A stretch of DNA of 60,309 bases, counting the filler. It is 5 parts of 5 records of this genome, joined end to end, with 100 filler letters (N's around TTAATTAATTAA, not from the genome) between each part and the next. Parts side by side here need not be neighbours in the genome. Positions count along the whole stretch, not along the records: positions 25,346 to 35,953 come from SRR31156797_26368; positions 36,054 to 43,978 come from SRR31156797_26374; 3 more parts are not named here. The stretch is one strand, 5' to 3'. Within the stretch, counting starts at the first letter, position 1. Every line of letters starts with the position of its first letter. The notes under the pieces are model-generated. The model was given only the letters and a program-made list of their open reading frames with translations, made no database searches and was not told the origin of the DNA. Below are positions 28,681 to 38,173 of this stretch, piece after piece. A program made the translations under genes and the position numbers.

Positions 28681-29076
28681 ATGAAAGTACTATTACCACT
28701 AAAAAACAATTTAAATGAGAAAGATGAATTAGCTGAAAGCTTTCACAACATCGAAAATGTATGTATTTATGATAGTGTTCTAAACTCGTTGGATTGCCTT
28801 TCCGCAAAAAAAATCAGTGAAGTCCCGGGTGGATTAAATTCAGGTTTAATTGAGAATAATGTTTATTCCATCATCAGTTTAAACATTAGCCCGATGGTTT
28901 TAACCATGTTTGCCCGAAACGGAATTCGTGTTTTTAAGGCTCAGGGATCCAATGTTTCGAAAAACATTGACCTTTTTCAGAGAAACCGGTTAAAAGTTTT
29001 CACCACCGAAGAATCACGCGAAATAATGGCCTGTACCAGCAATTCCTGTTCAAGTTGTGGTTCAACTTGTAATTAA
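28681..29076 (+). CDS. NifB/NifX-family (FeMo-co binding domain) protein with Cys-rich tail
   Basis: MKVLLP...ISPMVLTMFARNGIRVFKAQG...CTSNSCSSCGSTCN. Confidence 0.7.
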   Translation: MKVLLPLKNNLNEKDELAESFHNIENVCIYDSVLNSLDCLSAKKISEVPGGLNSGLIENNVYSIISLNISPMVLTMFARNGIRVFKAQGSNVSKNIDLFQRNRLKVFTTEESREIMACTSNSCSSCGSTCN

Positions 29077-29085
29077 AAACTAATT

Positions 29086-29307
29086 ATGGCACTTGGAAAA
29101 GCATTAAAGTTTGTAAAAGAAGCGGTTACCGACAGCGATCTTCGTTCGGTTTGTGCTTCGGTAAAAGATAAAAAAGAGTTACTGGAAATTCTTGGTTTTA
29201 ACATGGGCGAATTCGATGATGCCATAAACATGCATTTAGTAAAGTGCCAGACTCATGAACAGGCCGAACATTTTCAACAAATAAAAATGTGGTTTTTATT
29301 ATTATAG
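29086..29307 (+). CDS. Small helical protein, Nif11-like N-terminus
   Basis: ALKFVKEAVTDSDLR...ELL...GFNMGEF pattern; 9 nt after the previous gene. Confidence 0.55.
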   Translation: MALGKALKFVKEAVTDSDLRSVCASVKDKKELLEILGFNMGEFDDAINMHLVKCQTHEQAEHFQQIKMWFLLL

Positions 29308-29314
29308 TAAAATT

Positions 29315-29620
29315 ATGAAATTCAGAAATTTAGAATTAGTAAGGGTAATAATTCAAGAAGCAACGGGGCTTGAAATTACGTATGCATATGAAGATTTGGT
29401 GTTCCCCGATAATATGGCATTTTTGATTCAGTTCGATGATAATCAGGAAAATAATTTCTTTTGCCATTTTCATGAAGACAGTGATTCATACTCCCGAAAA
29501 AGTATTATTCAGCAATTGAAACAAGCTGCCGAAAACAACAAAAGTACTGTATTAGAGAAGGGAGTATTTACATTGAATCAAAAAGATGAAGAGGTAGAAA
29601 TTAAATTTAAAGTAGCTTAA
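29315..29620 (+). CDS. Hypothetical protein
   Basis: 101-aa ORF in tight operon spacing; motif ATGLEITYAYEDLVF. Confidence 0.75.
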   Translation: MKFRNLELVRVIIQEATGLEITYAYEDLVFPDNMAFLIQFDDNQENNFFCHFHEDSDSYSRKSIIQQLKQAAENNKSTVLEKGVFTLNQKDEEVEIKFKVA

Positions 29621-29632
29621 TCAATAATCATT

Positions 29633-30457
29633 CTAATTTTCGCCCAACCAGAAAAGAGCGTTTAAAATCAATTTATTTTGAATTTCATTTTTGAAGGTGA
29701 ATGATAATTCTTCATTTGTTCCACCTTCATAATCAATATCGTTGTGCCCCATGTTTATATAAACCATAGGGTAATTTATATTGGTCCAAACCACGGGATA
29801 ATAACCTTCGTGCCATATTTCGTGCGGTTTGGGGCCTGTTCCAAGCGGAAAGCTTTCGGGATGAACGGAAGCCAGTATTTTAATGTCCTTATTTTCGCGT
29901 AAATCGTTTTCCCAGCAATACCATTCGTTTGCCGATGACGTAAATTTTTCGGGCATAGTATTCATAACAGGATGGCTCTGTTCTTCCACTTTCAGAACGG
30001 CCGTGGTCGGTTTCCAGGTATTACTTTTATATTGCCCTGAACCTAAAAATGTATTATGATACCAATCCCAGTTTTGCGGGTAAGTTGAAGGTGTTAATGC
30101 AAAAGCACAAAAGTGAAATCCCAGCCAGGCACCGCCATTTTCCATATAATTTTGGAAAGCGTTGCGTTGTGAAACTGACTCAGGACGGGTATCCCAAAAA
30201 ACTACTACATCGTATTTTGAAAGAAATTCAGAATTCATTTTGTTCCAGTCGTTGGTAGAATCGTAATTAAAATGATGTTTTTCTTCCACTTCCGAAAACC
30301 ACCGGTTTGCTTCATTTACAAAACTAATGTGTGCTTGGTCGTTTTCGCCGGTGTAAAAAGCAATAACATTAAATTCTGTTGTTTTCTGAGCGAAACCCGT
30401 AAATCTAAAAGAAATTGACAAGGCAAGTAGAAGTAGTTTTAGGTTAGTTTTATTCAT
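29633..30457 (-). CDS. ThuA-domain secreted protein
   Basis: Signal peptide, YMENGGAWLGFH, NEWY, YPVVWTN, YINMGH. Confidence 0.85.
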   Translation of the reverse strand: MNKTNLKLLLLALSISFRFTGFAQKTTEFNVIAFYTGENDQAHISFVNEANRWFSEVEEKHHFNYDSTNDWNKMNSEFLSKYDVVVFWDTRPESVSQRNAFQNYMENGGAWLGFHFCAFALTPSTYPQNWDWYHNTFLGSGQYKSNTWKPTTAVLKVEEQSHPVMNTMPEKFTSSANEWYCWENDLRENKDIKILASVHPESFPLGTGPKPHEIWHEGYYPVVWTNINYPMVYINMGHNDIDYEGGTNEELSFTFKNEIQNKLILNALFWLGEN

Positions 30458-30476
30458 TTATTATTTTTTAGATTGA

Positions 30477-33400
30477 CTATTCTATACGCAATCCGGTTAC
30501 TAATGTTTTCTTTTGAAGTGAAAACCACGACAAACCAAAAATCCACAAAAATCCATTTACTAAAATTAGCCCGGTAACAATTGCAACCGTCGAAAAAGAA
30601 GCATCTGAGTTGGAAGAAAGAAAAGCCGGAAGTGTAGCAACTACAGCTGTAATAAAGCCAATTAAAACTCCGGTAAAAAGTAAAATCAAATATTCGCGGG
30701 TAATAATCCTGAAAATGGGTTTGTTATTAAAACCAATGGCCTGCATAACCGAAATTTCGCGCCGGCGTTCCAAAAGGGTTCGGGCAAGAATTACGGCCAG
30801 ACCTATTGTTCCCAAAATTAAACCAAGTGCCCCTAAAGCAAGAAAAATAGATAAATAGGTATTTGTTATTGAATAAAATTCTACAAGCCGTTTTGCAGTA
30901 TTTTCCATTTCCCAGCCATAATCGCGAAAAACCGATTGTAGTTCATCGCCAATTTGTTGCTGATTTTCCGGGGCACCATCTACCAGAAAAATATGCGAGC
31001 CACTGTTTGTCGGGTAATTTTCCAGAAAATTCTGATTCGAAATAATTACATAACCCTGAAAAATAGAAGGAGTAGTTCCGGCAATTAGTTTTAACCGCAG
31101 CGTGTCGCCCAGCTCATTTTGATATAATAAAATATCGCCTACTTTCATTCCTAATCCCCACTGAATTACTGTTTGGTCGGCAATAGCCGGAATGGTTCCA
31201 TCATCAAAATTCTGGTTGAGAGCCAGCCATGGATTTGTTTCACCCAGTTCCTTTATTTTTGTGGCAAAAGAAAAACGTTCATTTAAAACTTCAGGATCGA
31301 CTCCTAAAACCGCGGGTTGCGAAATCCGGTTCAGGTTTAAACAACTGGCATCGTCGCCTTCCACTTTTCGGAACTGAATGATATCAAATTCCTCAATTAT
31401 TCCTTCCTCAGCTTTTTTCTCTGGTTGATTTATATCGAATAAAACCGGCATGGTAGTTTCTGCAAAATACATAAAACCACCCGTTCCGCTTGATTTATTT
31501 TGTGCATTTGCAAATAAATCGAGCTTGTTTGAACCCGTTGAAACGACAATAAAAGTTCCCAGCGCAAATAAAATTACAATGGTTAATGAGCGTCCTTTAT
31601 TTCTCGATAAATTTAACTGAGCAAGTCTTCCCGTCGTCAGTTCAGCATTATCTTTAACTTCTAAACGGATAACCAAACGCCGGAAAAGCAATAATAACCC
31701 TATCAGTAAAATACCTCCTGTAACAAAAAACAGCGAAGGATTCATTTGTTCTGAAAAGAATACCTGAATTATAAAAATAACCACAGAAACAACCAATAAG
31801 AAGATCATCAACCCATTCCAGATTGTTTCTTTTTTTACATTTAAAGTTTTTGTTTGTTTTTGAAGATCGGCAGTTCGCTTTTTCTGATACCTCGATACCG
31901 ATATATAGATGGCAACCAACGACACCAACAAACTAATAATCAAGCCAATTACCAAAGTTGCCGGATAAATTTTTATAAGCAACACGTTGGTCCTTACAAT
32001 CTCGAACCACAATGAATTCAGAATTTTAAAAACCAGTTTTGTATAAAAAACAGAAATTATTAAACCCAAAAATCCACCAAAAACAGCAACTACAAAACCT
32101 TCTGATAAATAGTAACTTCGAACCTGTTTTTGTTTAAATCCAAGTGCATCGAGCAATCCAACCTGCGAAGAACGAGTTTCGAGGTTTAGCCTGAACAAAA
32201 GCGAAGTAAGAACAATTCCCGCAATAAGTAAAAAGAAACTTAGTCCGATAAACAGACCACTAAAATCGGTCCCGTTTTGAGCCGCATTTAATCCTTGTTC
32301 GCGAATGGGTTCAACGGCCATTCCCAAATCGGCCGGGACTATATTTTCGGTAAAAATATTATTGTATTTTTCTAAACTAAAATCAGTTGAAGGGAAACGC
32401 ACGGCTGTGTAATTTCCAAATCGGTTTGCCCACATTTCCTGCGCTTTCTCCACCGAAACATAAGCTTTTGGAGTGCCTTTATACTGGTCCCAGTAATCTT
32501 CATCTTTATCGCGAATTGCATCTAAATCGATAGGAATTCCGGCTTCCCACTCTCTACAATGCCCGGCATCTGAAAGCCCGGGTAATTGTGGTACCAGGCT
32601 GGGATCTGACAATTCAGAATCCATTGAAATTATTTCTTTAACCGTAAATTGCGTTTCTTTGTTTACAAGTTGTCGCAATGGTCCTATTTCAAAATATTCC
32701 AGATAAACTGCATCCCCTATTTTTACATCCAAATCGTCGGCAGCCCATTGGTTAAGAATAATTTCATTTTCTATCAACAATTTATCTTTCAACGATGTCA
32801 CAAAAGAATATGGGATGCTTTTAGTTTCAGAAAAAGAAATTCCATTGACAAAATACGTAAGTATTGGATCTGCATTGGGTAATTTCTGTAAAGTTTCTAC
32901 TACTTTATCTTCCAGGAAAACCCGTTCTGTAGAAATTTCTGTTTCCTGAACGGATTCAATATTTTTAATCTGAAGCCCTGCATCTTCGGGTGTTAAACAG
33001 TTTTTAACCGATTGTAATACATCGGTTGTTTCCAGATTGGTAACAATAAGCATCTGGTTGGCTTTCCCTTCAAAATCCATTAATCGGTTTAACCGGTCGA
33101 TGGAAAGGAAAATATTAAAAGGAGCAGTTTGTGAATTTTTCATACTAAACCTGCCCAGCTCTTCTTTTTGAACCACTTTTTTTACGGTTGCTCTTAATGA
33201 AACACTTGTTTCTTCGGCCGAAACAAATGGTGCATTCATTGGAATAAGACTGGCCTTTTTAATCCGAACCAATAAATTATCACCCTCTTTAATTTCAAGT
33301 CGTTCGGCTAAATTTTTACTAACCGCAATTTCATTTCCCTGTAATTCAGAATAAAAAGAGGTATTTGAAATCTTCTCAAAACTGTTTTCAACGCCAACAA

Positions 33401-33725
33401 TTTGCACTTTATTTGCTCTTCGTTGACCACCGTCGGCAACAGCAACACCTTCAAGTAATAAAACCGGAGCAGCCAAAACTGAGGGATTATCAGCTTCAAT
33501 TTCAGTTGCCATTTCCTGACGAAAATAACGTTCAACAACCGAAACCAAATGCGTTGTTTCACCCAGTCGGTAAAAAGTTGACTGTTGCAAACTGTACCGC
33601 ACCGAATCGCCGATAATTAACGAACCAGTTAAAACAGTAGTACTTATTACAACCCCGAGTGCAACAAGTAAGTTAGCTTTAAAATAATGAAAGAATGTTT
33701 TTAATATATACTGAATTTTGGTCAT
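30477..33725 (-). CDS. Large FtsX/MacB-type ABC transporter permease (duplicated architecture)
   Basis: VLTGSLIIGDSVRYSL, two FtsX TM blocks (ETRSSQVGLLDALGF; ERRREISVMQAIGF), large periplasmic loops. Confidence 0.9.
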   Translation of the reverse strand: MTKIQYILKTFFHYFKANLLVALGVVISTTVLTGSLIIGDSVRYSLQQSTFYRLGETTHLVSVVERYFRQEMATEIEADNPSVLAAPVLLLEGVAVADGGQRRANKVQIVGVENSFEKISNTSFYSELQGNEIAVSKNLAERLEIKEGDNLLVRIKKASLIPMNAPFVSAEETSVSLRATVKKVVQKEELGRFSMKNSQTAPFNIFLSIDRLNRLMDFEGKANQMLIVTNLETTDVLQSVKNCLTPEDAGLQIKNIESVQETEISTERVFLEDKVVETLQKLPNADPILTYFVNGISFSETKSIPYSFVTSLKDKLLIENEIILNQWAADDLDVKIGDAVYLEYFEIGPLRQLVNKETQFTVKEIISMDSELSDPSLVPQLPGLSDAGHCREWEAGIPIDLDAIRDKDEDYWDQYKGTPKAYVSVEKAQEMWANRFGNYTAVRFPSTDFSLEKYNNIFTENIVPADLGMAVEPIREQGLNAAQNGTDFSGLFIGLSFFLLIAGIVLTSLLFRLNLETRSSQVGLLDALGFKQKQVRSYYLSEGFVVAVFGGFLGLIISVFYTKLVFKILNSLWFEIVRTNVLLIKIYPATLVIGLIISLLVSLVAIYISVSRYQKKRTADLQKQTKTLNVKKETIWNGLMIFLLVVSVVIFIIQVFFSEQMNPSLFFVTGGILLIGLLLLFRRLVIRLEVKDNAELTTGRLAQLNLSRNKGRSLTIVILFALGTFIVVSTGSNKLDLFANAQNKSSGTGGFMYFAETTMPVLFDINQPEKKAEEGIIEEFDIIQFRKVEGDDASCLNLNRISQPAVLGVDPEVLNERFSFATKIKELGETNPWLALNQNFDDGTIPAIADQTVIQWGLGMKVGDILLYQNELGDTLRLKLIAGTTPSIFQGYVIISNQNFLENYPTNSGSHIFLVDGAPENQQQIGDELQSVFRDYGWEMENTAKRLVEFYSITNTYLSIFLALGALGLILGTIGLAVILARTLLERRREISVMQAIGFNNKPIFRIITREYLILLFTGVLIGFITAVVATLPAFLSSNSDASFSTVAIVTGLILVNGFLWIFGLSWFSLQKKTLVTGLRIE

Positions 33726-33771
33726 CTTTTTCGCCCTGTTTATTGCTGAAATTCCCTTTTATAGAACATAC

Positions 33772-34446
33772 TTACACTAATATTCCGTTTTTGAGGTTAT
33801 AAACCTTATCCATTTGTTTGGCCAATACTCCCGAATGAGTAACCGTAACCAATGTTATTCCCTCTTCTGTACTCAATTTTAGTAGTAAATCTGTCAGGGC
33901 CGAAGCATTATCCTCATCGAGTGCTCCTGTTGGTTCGTCGGCCAGAATTAATTTGGGTTTATTAATTAAAGCCCGAACAACGGCAGTTCGCTGGCATTCT
34001 CCGCCCGACATTTCAGAAGGTTTTTGATTTCGTTGTTCCCAAACCCCAACTTTCTTAATAAGATATTCTGCCCAATCTTTCTGTTCTTTAGAGATCTTTT
34101 TTTCCATTGGTAAAAATGGTAACAAAACATTTTCCCATAACGTTAACTGAGGCATTAAGTAATGCAATTGAAAAATAAATCCCAAATATTGATTTCGAAA
34201 AGTTGCCAATTCTGTTTTTGAGTAACCGGTAATATTTTTCTTTTCAAAAAACACATTTCCTGACTCGGGCAAATCTAAAGCCCCGATTAGATTTAACAAC
34301 GTAGTTTTACCGGAGCCGCTTGGGCCAACAATGGCCACCTTTTCGCCCGATTCCAAATCGAGGTTTAAATCTTTTAAAACTGGACGGTAACTATGAGTTC
34401 CCGATTGTCCATAACCTTTTACTATGTTTTGAAGTTGTAATAACAT
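33772..34446 (-). CDS. LolD/MacB-type ABC ATP-binding protein
   Basis: GPSGSGKT, MSGGECQR, ADEPTG, VTH. Confidence 0.95.
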   Translation of the reverse strand: MLLQLQNIVKGYGQSGTHSYRPVLKDLNLDLESGEKVAIVGPSGSGKTTLLNLIGALDLPESGNVFFEKKNITGYSKTELATFRNQYLGFIFQLHYLMPQLTLWENVLLPFLPMEKKISKEQKDWAEYLIKKVGVWEQRNQKPSEMSGGECQRTAVVRALINKPKLILADEPTGALDEDNASALTDLLLKLSTEEGITLVTVTHSGVLAKQMDKVYNLKNGILV

Positions 34447-34500
34447 AAGTAATTTTTTACTGCAAATGATGTAAAGAAACAGCCTATTCTACAGTGATTT

Positions 34501-35787
34501 TTAATTTTTAAGACTTTCGTATAAAGTTATAATTTCTTTTGTATGGTTATAAATATTGAAATTTTTTAAGGTCCCTTCATAACCATTTTTACTTAACATT
34601 TCAAGTTTTTCAGGATTGGTAAGTAAATCAGCCCAGGCATCGCATAATTTTTCTGGAGAATTTGGTTCATAAACAACACCACCACCTGAACTTTCAATAA
34701 TTTCGGGAAAAGCACCAAGATCGGGCTGAACTACTGGAACACCTGAGGCCATAGATTCCAATAAATACATACCAAAAGCTTCACCAATTCTTACCGGTAC
34801 AGAGACTAAAGATACTTTTTTGAAAAAGTCATTTACTTCTTCTCCCTCAAAATCGGGCACAATTTCAAAAGAATCGAGCAGGTTATTCTCTTTCAGTTTT
34901 CGTTTTTGCTCTTTTAGAAATTTTGCATCATCGCCTGTAGATCCACCGGTCGCAATAAATTTTACATCTTCGAAACCCGGCCTCTTTTTTAAATTTATAA
35001 ATGCATCAACTACAATATCGAATCCATCTTTATGACACATCCTTGAGATATATCCTACATTTCGTTCTTTTTCCCGGGTTGAGATATATTTATAATCTTC
35101 AACATCAACTCCCAGATGAATGGTTTTCACTTTTTCATCGGAGAGGTTCATGCGTTGCTTCATTACACCTGCAAAAAAGTTACTTACAGACACTAGCTTA
35201 TCCACATCTTTTGCACGTTCATGCATCAGATTCCATATTTTTTTCTGAAATTTTGGTTGCATCGGATCAATCCAAACATCTTCATCTTGCAATGAACAAA
35301 GAACCGGTACTCCAATTTTCTCTTTCAACCTTTTCGCCAAACCAAGAAGTAACGCATTGGAAATATGAATGATATCGGGCTTGCAATGATCTGCAATCCA
35401 ATTTACCATATGATCTAATTCCTTTTTTTGATCCCCTTCTTCTCCTAGTAGCATCGACATGGTCATATCTTCCAGTCCTTTGGCACGTGTTGAACCAGCC
35501 ATTGATGCAGCCATTTTCATCATGGGTTTTGAATTCAGCAATTTATCGAACCAGGCGGGTGCTTTCCTGAAGATGGGATAAACTTGTTTTAGATAAGTGC
35601 TAATGGCGCCATAAAAAATCGGTATTTCGGAGATGTCGTGTTCATCGGCAAACAACGGAAGATACATTGGAATTTTTGTCACCTTGTGACCTTCTGCACG
35701 CATAGCATTAAAATATTTGCTGTCGCGCAAACAATTACCACAGTAAAAACTCCCTCCCGAACCAGGTATAATTTGAATAATGTTCAT
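34501..35787 (-). CDS. GT4-family glycosyltransferase with N-terminal CxxC
   Basis: PGSGGSFYCGNCLRD and EAFGMYLLESMASGVPVV. Confidence 0.9.
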   Translation of the reverse strand: MNIIQIIPGSGGSFYCGNCLRDSKYFNAMRAEGHKVTKIPMYLPLFADEHDISEIPIFYGAISTYLKQVYPIFRKAPAWFDKLLNSKPMMKMAASMAGSTRAKGLEDMTMSMLLGEEGDQKKELDHMVNWIADHCKPDIIHISNALLLGLAKRLKEKIGVPVLCSLQDEDVWIDPMQPKFQKKIWNLMHERAKDVDKLVSVSNFFAGVMKQRMNLSDEKVKTIHLGVDVEDYKYISTREKERNVGYISRMCHKDGFDIVVDAFINLKKRPGFEDVKFIATGGSTGDDAKFLKEQKRKLKENNLLDSFEIVPDFEGEEVNDFFKKVSLVSVPVRIGEAFGMYLLESMASGVPVVQPDLGAFPEIIESSGGGVVYEPNSPEKLCDAWADLLTNPEKLEMLSKNGYEGTLKNFNIYNHTKEIITLYESLKN

Positions 35788-35916
35788 ATTTTTAAATTCT
35801 AAAGATATCTTAAAAGAGTGCAATCATCATATTCACTCTATTTTAACCTCTCAATGGGAAATATTGATTTTTGAGACATCGGGGTAATTCAGAAATTAGT
35901 ATTACGAATTTTCAAA

Positions 35917-35953
35917 TTATTCTCCAAAACAATACACATTACCATCGTATGCA
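35917..35953 (-). CDS. C-terminal end of a probable PQQ-like beta-propeller protein
   Basis: Minus strand reads AYDGNVYCFGE*, a typical last propeller blade. Only 11 residues are visible. Confidence 0.55.
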
Positions 35954-36053
35954 NNNNNNNNNNNNNNNNNNNNNNNNNNNNNNNNNNNNNNNNNNNNTTA
36001 ATTAATTAANNNNNNNNNNNNNNNNNNNNNNNNNNNNNNNNNNNNNNNNNNNN
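35954..36053. other. Artificial contig linker
   Basis: N44-TTAATTAATTAA-N44. Confidence 0.99.
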
Positions 36054-36257
36054 GATCCCGGAAAGCCCCGGCATGTCCACATCGATCAATGCAATGTCCG
36101 GATGATCGTCTAGGATTTTTTCGATTGCTTTGAATCCGTTTTCAGCCTCGCCCACCACTTCGATGTTTTCTTTTTGGTTCAGGCTCAGTCTCAAACCGCA
36201 TCGAAACAGCGGGTGATCATCCGCGATAAAGACCTTTGATGTTCTACTTTCGTACAT
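36054..36257 (-). CDS. NarL-type response regulator, 3'-truncated
   Basis: IADDHPLFR, VVGEAENG, ALIDVDMPGLSG. Confidence 0.9.
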
Positions 36258-36285
36258 GAATTATACTCTTTAACGCCAGTCCATT

Positions 36286-38004
36286 TCAAAATTCCATCCC
36301 CAGTGAATCGAAGCTGACTTTCACCTCGGCGGGCAATGCAAAATAGAATCGGCTGCCGTGTGCTTTGGCGGTTTTCTCCAAATATATTGGCGATTTAACC
36401 CAAATAAAGCCCTGATGGGCCTCAACGGCCAGTTTGCAAAAGGCCAACCCCAACCCAACGCCGCTGGGGCTATTGACATTATTGTACTTCAAGGTAGAGA
36501 ATTTATGGAAAATGGCATTCTTGAACCCTTCTTTTATGCCGGGTCCCTGGTCTGATATCTCCGTCAGCAAATATCGCTGTCCCGGTTCAGGCCGATGAAT
36601 CTGAGCGTTATCACTGTTGTAATAGGCATCGCACAACATGCCGTCGCTGTTGGTCACATACCGGGTCATAACCTCTATTTCACCGCCGTCTGGACTGCAT
36701 TTTATGGCGTTTCCCAGAAGATTTAGGTAAATGCGGATCAGTCGCATTTGATCCCCCATAAAATTCAATTCATCCGGCGGCGGATGGTAGCTAATCAAAA
36801 CTTCTTTTTCCGCTGCAATCAGTTCCACCTGTTTAATGCTCTCCCGAACGATGGACCGCATATCCAGAATCTGTTTACGAAGCCGCAGCTTTCCATTTTC
36901 GTAACGATAGATATCCAGGTAATCCATCACCATCCCGGAAAGCTGCTGAGTGGTATTCATGGCCAGTCGTATCAGTTCCTCCTGACCCGTGTTCAAGGGG
37001 CCGAGAACCCCGTTTGCCAATAGCTGCATGGCCTTTTGGATAGAGAAGATGGGGTTCCCCAAATCGTGGGTCATCATACCGATAAGGTCTTCTTTCAATT
37101 GTGCAAGTTTTACTTCTTCGGACACGTCTCTAAGGACCGCCACATAGGATGATCGACTTTTTTCAGAACCGGTTCCGGTAAATTGCACTTGAACGGGAAT
37201 TTTCTCGTCGGCGGCATTGACAATGTTGATGGAGGCTCTTGCGTGCCCCTTTCGATTCGCCAGATCAAGAATTTTCTCGTACTCACCCACGGAGTCTTCG
37301 TCTGTTATATATTTGGAGAAATGTTGGCCGATGATCTCGTCTTTCCTGAAGCCGATGATCTCTTTGAAGGCATCGTTCATCATTGAAATCCTTCCATGGG
37401 CATCAATGGATATGATGCCGTCCGAGACCCGGTTGATGAGCCGATCCAAATAACGCCTGGACTGCTTGGAGGAGATGTATTTACTCCAGGCCAGTTCGCT
37501 GATGGTGCGGGTGACCACCTCCATGAAATTCACAATGGTGTTCAAGCGGTCATTGCTAATAATGGGGATTTTCTTAACGGCTTGGATATAGCCGGGGATA
37601 TCCGTGATTCCGATTTCCCGGGCATGTTTTTCAGCAGTGGCATCGTCAATGGGTCTATGCAGGACTTGCCCGCACATGAAAGTGGCGATATGGAATTTAC
37701 CCACAATGATGGGTGATGTACAATCAATCAAACCTGCATTGAGGCAGGGATAGATAAACCGTTTCTTCAGTTTTGCGGACATCTCTCCGCCATACCGATC
37801 GCTCTGGTAACAACGCCGCTTCCCCTCTTCCGTTGACCGGCAATAGTCGCTGCACAACCCGGACCAATTGTGCTCATCGCTTAAGGGTCTACCCGCGGGA
37901 TCCACGATAAAACTTGAAATACCGGTGATGGACGTGAACCCGAGGAGCAACTCGTCCAGTCGTTCTTTTTCAATCAGCTCCAGAAGAATAAAATCGCCAG
38001 ACAT
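36286..38004 (-). CDS. PocR-domain/PAS sensor histidine kinase
   Basis: PocR-like Cys-containing N-terminus (CSDYCRST..CYQSD, YPCLNAGL, CGQ), PAS, THDLGNP, NLLGNAIK, DQGPGI, GVGLGL. Confidence 0.92.
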   Translation of the reverse strand: MSGDFILLELIEKERLDELLLGFTSITGISSFIVDPAGRPLSDEHNWSGLCSDYCRSTEEGKRRCYQSDRYGGEMSAKLKKRFIYPCLNAGLIDCTSPIIVGKFHIATFMCGQVLHRPIDDATAEKHAREIGITDIPGYIQAVKKIPIISNDRLNTIVNFMEVVTRTISELAWSKYISSKQSRRYLDRLINRVSDGIISIDAHGRISMMNDAFKEIIGFRKDEIIGQHFSKYITDEDSVGEYEKILDLANRKGHARASINIVNAADEKIPVQVQFTGTGSEKSRSSYVAVLRDVSEEVKLAQLKEDLIGMMTHDLGNPIFSIQKAMQLLANGVLGPLNTGQEELIRLAMNTTQQLSGMVMDYLDIYRYENGKLRLRKQILDMRSIVRESIKQVELIAAEKEVLISYHPPPDELNFMGDQMRLIRIYLNLLGNAIKCSPDGGEIEVMTRYVTNSDGMLCDAYYNSDNAQIHRPEPGQRYLLTEISDQGPGIKEGFKNAIFHKFSTLKYNNVNSPSGVGLGLAFCKLAVEAHQGFIWVKSPIYLEKTAKAHGSRFYFALPAEVKVSFDSLGMEF

Positions 38005-38173
38005 ACAAGTACTCCGGAGTCCATATTTTCAGTTGAAAAAAGTAAATCCGGGGAGTGGACTCTCTTTCCCGGCCTGTGATGTAACGCGCTATCACTCACA
38101 TTATTGAATTGTTATGTCAAGGGGCAAAACACCTCCATGGGGCGTATGCCTCTAGATCCGCAATGGCATCGCC

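Noticed and set aside
29086-29307. Nif11-type RiPP precursor
   Set aside because: No double-glycine cleavage site, no core peptide and no modifying enzymes nearby.
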